IMG/VR virus record: IMGVR_UViG_3300021960_000017
From: a virus
Lineage: Duplodnaviria; Caudoviricetes
DNA length: 64,000 nucleotides
Direction: 5' to 3' (one strand)
A model generated the notes under the pieces. It saw only the letters and a program-made list of their open reading frames with translations. It had not been told where the DNA came from and searched no databases. Each line of letters begins with the position of its first letter. The stretch's first letter is position 1. The position numbers were made by a program, and so were the translations under genes. Positions 57,595-64,000 of the stretch are shown piece after piece.

Positions 57595-57954
57595 ATGAAT
57601 ATGCAAATAATACTCGGAAAAGAAATCGCAGATCAAGTTGGCGACAAATATATTGTCCTTGAACTTGACACATTCAAACACGACAGTGAACTTAAAACTG
57701 CCTATGCAGTACTTGATGCTGGTGCTATTCCTCTTGGGGAAATGCAAGAGATACCTAAATGGGTAGAGCATCATAATAAGATTATAGAAAACTACCGTAA
57801 ACAAAACTGGAGTTTTTGTGAGCAAATGATTGAACACTGCCAGAACCGCTGGGGTGGCGAATTGAATAGTTTTTACACAGATCTCTATGTTAGAATACAA
57901 GACTTAAAAAATAAAGAGTTATCAGATTCCTGGGATGGAACACTACAAAGATAG
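57595..57954 (+). CDS. stand-alone homolog of the C-terminal region of the CHASE2 cyclase
   Basis: Colinear similarity to the last ~115 aa of 53714..55771. Confidence 0.65.
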   Translation: MNMQIILGKEIADQVGDKYIVLELDTFKHDSELKTAYAVLDAGAIPLGEMQEIPKWVEHHNKIIENYRKQNWSFCEQMIEHCQNRWGGELNSFYTDLYVRIQDLKNKELSDSWDGTLQR

Positions 57955-57982
57955 TTGACATTATAACAGTATCGTGTATAAT
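57955..57982 (+). promoter_or_regulatory. sigma70-like promoter
   Basis: TTGACA-N16-TATAAT. Confidence 0.75.
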
Positions 57983-58007
57983 GATAATAGTTGCTGAGGG
58001 ATAAACA

Positions 58008-58199
58008 ATGGCAGACAAAAAGTTTAATAAAATTTCAGATCTTATGGATCGTCATTATTTTGATCCTAAGGAAACTGGACCACGAAAGCGTACAGAGTAT
58101 CGTGGACAATTAAGAGAACAGGCTCGCATTGCGTATAGGATTGCTAAAAAGTCCCTTAGAGACATTCAACGAGCAGAAACTGGAAAAGATCCTGAATAG
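58008..58199 (+). CDS. hypothetical basic protein
   Basis: 63 aa, GAGG RBS. Confidence 0.55.
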   Translation: MADKKFNKISDLMDRHYFDPKETGPRKRTEYRGQLREQARIAYRIAKKSLRDIQRAETGKDPE

Positions 58200-58210
58200 G
58201 ATTATTTCTT

Positions 58211-58283
58211 AAGGTAAACCTGCGGAGCAAGACAACACCTAGCGGTTGTCAGATACAGGGCGAAGGCGGGGGCCACTGTAATC
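58211..58283 (+). ncRNA. candidate structured element (two hairpins; loop GAAGGCGGGG)
   Basis: GACAAC/GTTGTC hairpin; TACAG/CTGTA plus GGC/GCC stems. Confidence 0.4.
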
Positions 58284-58299
58284 AACTATAAATAGGCAC

Positions 58300-58572
58300 A
58301 TGATAGTAATTGCACCCTATCCCAAGGGATTTAAACTAGAGCAGACTGCACTAAGTTATTATTACTACAACACAGGTAGTAATATACCAGCCATCGTTCA
58401 AAGAAAACACAAACTTGCCTATACACATTATAGTAATGTTAAGCGTTGGTGTAAGGACAATCTTAGTGGGCCATTTGAGATAACCCTAGATGATATACTA
58501 CATGACGGCGTGCGTGTTAGATTAAGTACTAGTGATGATTTAGCATTTTTTCAACTAAGATGGTTAGTTTAA
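58300..58572 (+). CDS. hypothetical protein
   Basis: After a perfect TATAAATA. Confidence 0.5.
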   Translation: MIVIAPYPKGFKLEQTALSYYYYNTGSNIPAIVQRKHKLAYTHYSNVKRWCKDNLSGPFEITLDDILHDGVRVRLSTSDDLAFFQLRWLV

Positions 58573-58576
58573 TTTT

Positions 58577-59464
58577 ATGAAAAAGAATTTTTATCTATTA
58601 TATCCGCCAGGGTATATGGGAACTTATTTAAATTGGATTATTCAAGTAAGTGATAAACAAGGCAATGCTGTACTAAATCCAGTAACAGAAAATGCTAATG
58701 CCCATAATCATATAAAGCGACCAACACATCAAGTTATTCTTAAACATGGCATTTGGCGCTTATTAAATAAACCTCAAGAAAAGTTGGTTCATTGTGTTCA
58801 TACAACTAGTACAGCAGAAGACTATACTGCAAGGTCAGCTTGGGCAGCATACTTTATTTTGCTAAGTGACCCAGATCCTGTTATTATTAATATTCATGAT
58901 AATAATGATGATGATATTTATAAATTTGGTGCACTTAACACATATACTAAATGGAAACCTTTTCTGAAAACCAGAGAAGTATGGTTGCCTGAACTTTTTT
59001 CAAAAGCTCTTGCAGGTGACACGCCGCCCGAATTTTTAGCAGAGAATTGGAAAAAAATTTTCCAAAACAATAGTCCCTTAAATATGGAAGAGGTATATTT
59101 TAATTTGGATAAGCAACGTGCCTGGTTGGATATTCGTATACAAGAAAGTCCAGATGAGGTATTTGAGAACGAATATAACATCAGTAGAGATATCAAACCA
59201 AATACAATCTTTGACATAAACATGACTGACATAATGAAAGCAAATTTTATTGATAAGTTTGCTGAAATTTTGGCACTAACTGATAGCGCAGAATATGATT
59301 TTACTTATGCTAAAGAGTATCATCAAACTTATGTTAAAGCACAAAATAATTTTTTATTATTTGATGCAATTAAGAAATTTAGAGAAGATGGTGTTCGCGT
59401 CGATTGGTGGGACACTAATCCTTTAACAAAATCTTTTTTTATTTTAGAAACAATGAATGGTTGA
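58577..59464 (+). CDS. hypothetical protein, possible sulfotransferase-like
   Basis: LLYPPGYMGTYLNWII N-terminus; AT-rich. Confidence 0.45.
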   Translation: MKKNFYLLYPPGYMGTYLNWIIQVSDKQGNAVLNPVTENANAHNHIKRPTHQVILKHGIWRLLNKPQEKLVHCVHTTSTAEDYTARSAWAAYFILLSDPDPVIINIHDNNDDDIYKFGALNTYTKWKPFLKTREVWLPELFSKALAGDTPPEFLAENWKKIFQNNSPLNMEEVYFNLDKQRAWLDIRIQESPDEVFENEYNISRDIKPNTIFDINMTDIMKANFIDKFAEILALTDSAEYDFTYAKEYHQTYVKAQNNFLLFDAIKKFREDGVRVDWWDTNPLTKSFFILETMNG

Positions 59465-59488
59465 CATAAACTCAGACTCGTTTATAAT
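59461..59488 (+). promoter_or_regulatory. sigma70-like promoter
   Basis: TTGACA-N16-TATAAT upstream of tRNA-Arg. Confidence 0.75.
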
Positions 59489-59506
59489 AATAATTATAGA
59501 ACATAA

Positions 59507-59582
59507 GATTCCGTAGCTCAGAGGATAGAGCATCCGCCTTCTAAGCGGATGGTCGCAGGTTCGAATCCTGCCGGGATCGCCA
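59507..59582 (+). tRNA. tRNA-Arg(TCT)
   Basis: GATTCCG/CGGGATC acceptor stem, TCCGC/GCGGA anticodon stem, loop CTTCTAA, encoded CCA. Confidence 0.97.
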
Positions 59583-59596
59583 TTTGGAGTAACTCG

Positions 59597-59974
59597 ATGA
59601 CGATGCATCTTGTAGGTCCTTATTTGACCACAACCAACTTCAGGCCTCGCAAGGCCAAGAACAAAAGCAAGGCACAACTTGCTACAGATGCAGCTCATGC
59701 AAAGTTTCTCAAGAAGATGGGTTATAAGGGGAATGGTGTCAGTGGTAGCACAGTAGTCTCCAAAACTAACAGCGAGGGTTCGATTCCTTCTTCCTCTGCC
59801 ATCCCTAGCATAGGTGATGGTGTCGGTTATAATCCAGGTATGTCTCGGCGTAAAGAAAATGTCTATAGTGGCGAGCGCAAACTGTTAGGCGTTGCCACTA
59901 TGCATAAATCCAATATGGTGCCAGTATTTTCCAGTGAAGATGCTGAAGCAATATCCAAGATGAGACGTGGATGA
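59597..59974 (+). CDS. conserved phage protein containing a nested tRNA
   Basis: GGAG RBS, MTMHLVGP start; C-terminus LLGVATMHKSNMVPVF..EDAEAISKMRRG. Confidence 0.75.
   Translation: MTMHLVGPYLTTTNFRPRKAKNKSKAQLATDAAHAKFLKKMGYKGNGVSGSTVVSKTNSEGSIPSSSAIPSIGDGVGYNPGMSRRKENVYSGERKLLGVATMHKSNMVPVFSSEDAEAISKMRRG
59727..59801 (+). tRNA. tRNA-Trp(CCA), nested in frame in the CDS
   Basis: AGGGGAA/TTCCTCT acceptor, GTGT/GCAC D-stem, loop CTCCAAA, GAGGG-TTCGATT-CCTTC T-arm, G73 and CCA. Confidence 0.85.
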
Positions 59975-60225
59975 AAACCATTATTCACATTAATAAGAAT
60001 CTAAAACAGTCTAACGATAAACATGGTAGAACACTACCAGTATGTCGTGTTGAAGTAGATGGCAAAACCTGGTATGGGAGTAGTGTAGACATTCTTGGTC
60101 CAAGTAGGATGGTATACAGTCCTGACAAGCCTAGACAGTGTGGTGCTAAACTGTGGATCGAAACAGATAGTGATGTAGTTATACACGACAAAACCACATA
60201 CAAGGAAATGGATCGCAGTTTATGA
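59971..60225 (+). CDS. hypothetical phage protein
   Basis: IIHIN...GPSRMVYSPDKP..CGAKLWIET. Confidence 0.65.
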   Translation: MKTIIHINKNLKQSNDKHGRTLPVCRVEVDGKTWYGSSVDILGPSRMVYSPDKPRQCGAKLWIETDSDVVIHDKTTYKEMDRSL

Positions 60226-60428
60226 ATAAAGAACTTGTAGATAGTTTAGCAAAAAAAGCTACAACTGAAATATTGGGTGTGCCCTGTTTAAACGAGACAA
60301 AGTTTGCTCGATTAATTATAGAGCAATGTTGTGAAGTAATAGAAAATAATACAGTTACAAACGGAGCCGGAGGGTTCCTTAAAGTTGGTACAGCAGAACA
60401 AATTAAACAACATTTTGGAGTAGAATAA
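60222..60428 (+). CDS. hypothetical protein
   Basis: ATGA-coupled. Confidence 0.55.
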   Translation: MNKELVDSLAKKATTEILGVPCLNETKFARLIIEQCCEVIENNTVTNGAGGFLKVGTAEQIKQHFGVE

Positions 60429-60429
60429 A

Positions 60430-60621
60430 ATGGCAAAATTAGGAAAATTAGTAAAAGTAAATGATCAATTAACAATTAATCGTTATGACAACGGCTGGAT
60501 GGTCGAAGTTGGCGGTCGTAACAAGAAAGAAGATTGGGTAACTGCTAAGGTCATGTGCAGTTCAGAAGACGATCTCGTTGCACTCATTAAAGAATACAAT
60601 ACTATGGAAATAAACGACTAA
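60430..60621 (+). CDS. hypothetical protein
   Basis: 63 aa in operon. Confidence 0.55.
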   Translation: MAKLGKLVKVNDQLTINRYDNGWMVEVGGRNKKEDWVTAKVMCSSEDDLVALIKEYNTMEIND

Positions 60622-60920
60622 TGGGTCCTCCAATCCCAAGTGAACTTCAGGCAGCAGTTGAGCGGCAACGTCGTATTAGAATACGTCTTGCCCTTGCTGC
60701 ATATGCATATGAGTTTGATAACGACAGTATTATAACTGATGCAGAGTTTGATGAACTTGCGGATCAAGTTATACCCAGTATTGAAACTGGGAACGAGGTA
60801 ATGGATAAATTCTTTAAAGATATCTTTATTCCTGATACTGGTATGTGGGTGCACAATCATCCAGAACTGGACAAACTTAAAGATTTGTACGAGAGATTAA
60901 AAAAGGTGGGCGTTTATTAA
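60621..60920 (+). CDS. stand-alone NAD-dependent ligase domain Ia-like protein
   Basis: AAYAYEFDNDSIITDAEFDEL matches the LigA Ia YY...P.ISDAEYD.L pattern. Confidence 0.55.
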   Translation: MGPPIPSELQAAVERQRRIRIRLALAAYAYEFDNDSIITDAEFDELADQVIPSIETGNEVMDKFFKDIFIPDTGMWVHNHPELDKLKDLYERLKKVGVY

Positions 60921-61070
60921 TGGCAGACTGGAAAAAATATTTGTCACCACATGGACAATCTAAACAAGTATGTGAGTATGTTGTTAGCAAGTTTGGAGAC
61001 TATGCCGGTGACAATCTAGGATTAAAACGCTGGGTAGAGTGCAGCAAACAATGTTTAGAGGATGCTCACA

Positions 61071-61436
61071 ATGACGATTAGATACACAGAAGAACATGAA
61101 TGGCTGCGCCGCGAAGGCGATGTTCTAGTTGTAGGCATCAGCAAGTATGCTGTAGAACAACTGGGAGATGTTGTGTTTATTGATTTACCTCCAGTGGATA
61201 GTTCATTTAGTGCAAATGCAGATTGTGCTGTAGTTGAAAGTGTCAAAGCAGCAAGTGACGTTTATTGTCCTATTGCAGGAACTATTGTAGAAGTAAATCC
61301 TATTCTAAATGACGATCCTGAAATGGTTAATCGTGAGCCACTATCAGATGGATGGTTTTTTAAAATGGTTCCCGACAACTGGGACGATGTTGACGCACTA
61401 ATGACAGAAGAGCAATATCAAGAGTTTATTGCATAA
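61071..61436 (+). CDS. gcvH: glycine cleavage system H protein
   Basis: RYTEEHEW, VGISKYAVEQLGDVVFIDLP, VESVKAASD (lipoyl-Lys), GWFFKM. Confidence 0.93.
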   Translation: MTIRYTEEHEWLRREGDVLVVGISKYAVEQLGDVVFIDLPPVDSSFSANADCAVVESVKAASDVYCPIAGTIVEVNPILNDDPEMVNREPLSDGWFFKMVPDNWDDVDALMTEEQYQEFIA

Positions 61437-61669
61437 TGGAAAAGCCTCCCGTTAAACATGGTTTTTTTACACGGGACGATGAGTGGTTGGATCAATTTTG
61501 TGATTTTTTACGAGCAAACTGGGATACGCCCAGTATACCTGTAGAAGAAATTTTAGAACGAACAGGGTTAGAAAGAATAGACTTGCCAGTTGGTAGAATT
61601 CCATTTTACTATGAATTTATGGCAGACCAAACATACAGACTAGTGTGGACTAGTCCCAAGGAATACTAA
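61436..61669 (+). CDS. hypothetical protein
   Basis: 77 aa, coupled. Confidence 0.5.
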   Translation: MEKPPVKHGFFTRDDEWLDQFCDFLRANWDTPSIPVEEILERTGLERIDLPVGRIPFYYEFMADQTYRLVWTSPKEY

Positions 61670-62145
61670 TGAAAATAGGCATAGCAAGTGATCACGGTGG
61701 GTACGAACTAAAAGAATATCTAATAAAATGGTTAACAAAACGAGATTGTGAAGTATTTGATCTAGGTTGTTATTCCAAAGACAGTGTGGACTATCCTGTT
61801 TATGGTAACATAGTAGGACAAAGTATAACACAAGGTGAATTCGACTACGGAATAATTATTTGCGGCACTGGTATCGGAATCAGTATTGCCGCCAATAGGT
61901 ATCCTAGTGTAAGAGCGGCATTGTGCTATGATCTCACCACTGCTAGATTGTCCAGAGAACACAATGATGCAAACGTACTAGCACTTGGCGCACGTCAAAC
62001 TGCTCCAGAACTTGCTAGAGAAATCGTTAGTGTGTTTTTGTCAACGGAGTTTGATGGTAATAGACATCAATCCAGAGTTAGCATGTTGTCTGTAGAATTA
62101 GACAGATTAGAGCAACACCGTGCAAATATACTAAAGACTGACTAA
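61669..62145 (+). CDS. rpiB: ribose-5-phosphate isomerase B
   Basis: IASDHGG, DYP, ICGTGIGISIAANR, REHNDANVLALG, GNRH. Confidence 0.95.
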   Translation: MKIGIASDHGGYELKEYLIKWLTKRDCEVFDLGCYSKDSVDYPVYGNIVGQSITQGEFDYGIIICGTGIGISIAANRYPSVRAALCYDLTTARLSREHNDANVLALGARQTAPELAREIVSVFLSTEFDGNRHQSRVSMLSVELDRLEQHRANILKTD

Positions 62146-63291
62146 ATTATCTCTTAGTTCCTGCCAACACTGGTCAGCAAACCCATTATAAAACCAATTA
62201 TAATTGTGCTCTAGTATGGGCTTCATTTGTTCACGCATTTGCTCGCACTCTGCTAGAGTCATTTTGCCTATGCGATTTACAATGTCTGCTACTGCTTGTA
62301 ATCGTTTATCCTCGTCCTGAATCTGGTCATATTCTTCACTCCAAAAACCATCAAAGGTTTTAAAGCCATAACCTTTAAGATAGTTTAGTGCACCTGCTCC
62401 GCAAAGTAGCACAAAGGGTTGCTTTAGCACAACGGGTTTAAAAACCTTTTCTGTTAGATGGACACGGTCAATCATTGTTTCAGAAACAATGTGTAAGAAA
62501 CTAGTAGCCCATGGAGTAAAATTATAAATTTCTTTTTCTTCATTCCATGCACTAACAACTATTTCCGAACTACTGTTATTGTGATTATCGAAACTGTTGG
62601 GTTTAATTCTATTAGCAGGTAAAATTTCATTTAAACTAACGCCCGTATACGGATCCCGTTCTAGCAAACTATATAGACCAGCATTTACGTCTATTAGATT
62701 AAGAAATTTTATCCTATATTTTCTTTTTTCATCTATTAATCTATTTGCACAAATAAACTTATGTTCAATAGCTTTATAGTCCTCATAAAGTTTTATGCCA
62801 GTATAATTTCTATACCAATGTTCTGCTGCCAAGACGCCGTTGCCAAAAAAATGAACAGGTATACAATTATATTCATTTAGAGCACTTACTTCAGAAGAAA
62901 TTTCGCTATGCAAAATTATGTAATCATTTTTAAAGTAATCGTTTGGTATGTCTAAAAATTTTTCTATGTAATTTTTTAAAATATTCCAAAATTTATGGTC
63001 AATTTCATAAAGTATAGGCTCAAAACTGTGATTAGTTAATGTAATTTGGCGATTGTAATTTAATTCAAAAAATACTTGTTTAAATGTTAGATCATGCGGG
63101 ATCCGTGATACTGTTTTCAAAGGAATATATTCTTTCCATCTTTTTTTGGGATCAGAAAACACTGTGTCTAATTTACTATCATACCTATAGGTATTATTAA
63201 AATTTTTAATTTCTATGCAGGTTTTGTCCTGGTGTAAACATTCAACTAAAATATCAAAAATTTTAAAATTTATGTAGTCTAAATCTTGCAT
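62131..63291 (-). CDS. putative glycosyltransferase-like protein (GT10-like C-terminal motif)
   Basis: FLHIVSET...HLTEKVFKP..LKQPF resembles the fucosyltransferase E..Y.TEK motif. Confidence 0.45.
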   Translation of the reverse strand: MQDLDYINFKIFDILVECLHQDKTCIEIKNFNNTYRYDSKLDTVFSDPKKRWKEYIPLKTVSRIPHDLTFKQVFFELNYNRQITLTNHSFEPILYEIDHKFWNILKNYIEKFLDIPNDYFKNDYIILHSEISSEVSALNEYNCIPVHFFGNGVLAAEHWYRNYTGIKLYEDYKAIEHKFICANRLIDEKRKYRIKFLNLIDVNAGLYSLLERDPYTGVSLNEILPANRIKPNSFDNHNNSSSEIVVSAWNEEKEIYNFTPWATSFLHIVSETMIDRVHLTEKVFKPVVLKQPFVLLCGAGALNYLKGYGFKTFDGFWSEEYDQIQDEDKRLQAVADIVNRIGKMTLAECEQMREQMKPILEHNYNWFYNGFADQCWQELRDNLVSL

Positions 63292-63304
63292 AATAAGTAA
63301 CTAT

Positions 63305-64000
63305 GTGAAAATATCTTCCAGTAATGAATGGGACCAGTTACGGTCTATAATTGTAGGCACTGCCAATTATGCAAATTGGCCAGTACATTGTCCTGACTTC
63401 AGGAAACAAGAACAAACAACTCTATGGACTGAAACTCCATTGCCAGCTGGGCCTGTACCAGATTATATTATACAGGAAGCTAACCAGGATCTCGATTATT
63501 TAGTTAGCTTTTTAGAGGGCTGCGGAATAACGGTATACAGGCCTACTGATATCAACTTCCAGGAAACAGACGGATTTTATAACTATTGTCCTAGAGATAG
63601 ACTGCTGATACTTGATAATGATATCATAGATTGTCCAATGGCCTATGGTTGCAGGGATCAGGAATATGCTGCATATGACTTTTTACCACAGGATTGGGTA
63701 CCAGCATTAGGGCACTGGGATGCTGCAAATGTTTGTAGACTTAATGATGATTTACTCTATCTTAAAAGTGAAAGCGGAGACCTGGCAGGCTATAGGTGGT
63801 TGTCAGATTACTATGCAGACAAGCGAGTACATCTAGTAGAGTGTTATAGTGGTGTTCATATTGACAGCACTATTGTTCCAGTAAGAGAAGGCCTAGTAGT
63901 TTTAAATGCGGCCCGAATAACAGAAGATACTGTACCAGCACCACTAAAAAACTGGGACAAGATATGGATTCATGAATGTGCACACCAACCTTTTATTAAC
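63305..64000 (+). CDS. amidinotransferase family protein 3, partial (not in ORF track; runs off the window)
   Basis: GTG start; SSNEWDQLRSIIVG, YNYCPRDRLLI, WDAANVCRL, YSGVHIDSTIVPVREGLV. Confidence 0.88.
   Translation, partial: MKISSSNEWDQLRSIIVGTANYANWPVHCPDFRKQEQTTLWTETPLPAGPVPDYIIQEANQDLDYLVSFLEGCGITVYRPTDINFQETDGFYNYCPRDRLLILDNDIIDCPMAYGCRDQEYAAYDFLPQDWVPALGHWDAANVCRLNDDLLYLKSESGDLAGYRWLSDYYADKRVHLVECYSGVHIDSTIVPVREGLVVLNAARITEDTVPAPLKNWDKIWIHECAHQPFIN

Noticed and set aside
58213-58232. GGTAAACCTGCGGAGCAAGAC resembles part of RNase P RNA
   Set aside because: No GAGGAAAGTCC 5' motif or ACAGAA..CGGCTTA 3' motif, and only about 90 nt of intergenic space
59549-59596. Track start of the 59549 ORF and the minus ORF 59444-59698
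   Set aside because: Both overlap tRNA-Arg; the real start is ATG 59597 with a GGAG RBS
1023-62779. Numerous opposite-strand or off-frame ORFs in the track (e.g. 1362-1793, 39170-39742, 40773-41318, 43207-43743)
   Set aside because: Fully overlap well-supported genes, lack RBS and motifs, and have shadow-ORF composition
1-64000. Cellular chromosome or prophage origin
   Set aside because: No rRNA, housekeeping operon structure, integrase or att site seen; T4-type late promoters, PAAR/tail genes and dense small ORFs indicate a lytic phage genome

Overview
This 64 kb window is a gene-dense segment of a large lytic T4-like (contractile-tailed) phage genome, probably marine. An alphaproteobacterial host is inferred from a circularly permuted two-piece tmRNA with an ANDN...LAA tag, a DUF1127 protein, a ROSE-like hsp20 leader and a 17-kDa-antigen-type lipoprotein. 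Core phage genes include a primase end, DnaB-like helicase, NrdA/NrdB, glutaredoxin, exonuclease, PAAR, tail/virion proteins and recurrent TAAATA late promoters. Host-takeover genes include ribosomal proteins bS21 and bL33, three tRNAs, tmRNA, Hsp20, ClpS, GuaC, two SpeD-like enzymes, GcvH, RpiB, three amidinotransferases and a porin. A 10 kb envelope/signalling island carries CsgF, CsgG, two curlin-like proteins, a FecR protein, an autotransporter-like barrel, a CHASE2 adenylate cyclase, a LapG-like protease and a stand-alone copy of the cyclase C-terminus. The least expected observations are: (i) a complete tRNA-Trp nested in frame inside a protein-coding gene; (ii) a textbook -1 frameshift cassette at the end of a coiled-coil membrane protein gene; (iii) two late leaders with AGGC repeat arrays, one upstream of a PHP-less mini-DnaE; (iv) two copies of an unexplained hairpin with a GA..GGCGGGG loop; and (v) a possible N-degron writer/reader pair. 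No CRISPR array, integrase or IS element was seen. All family assignments are by motif recognition only; no searches were run.
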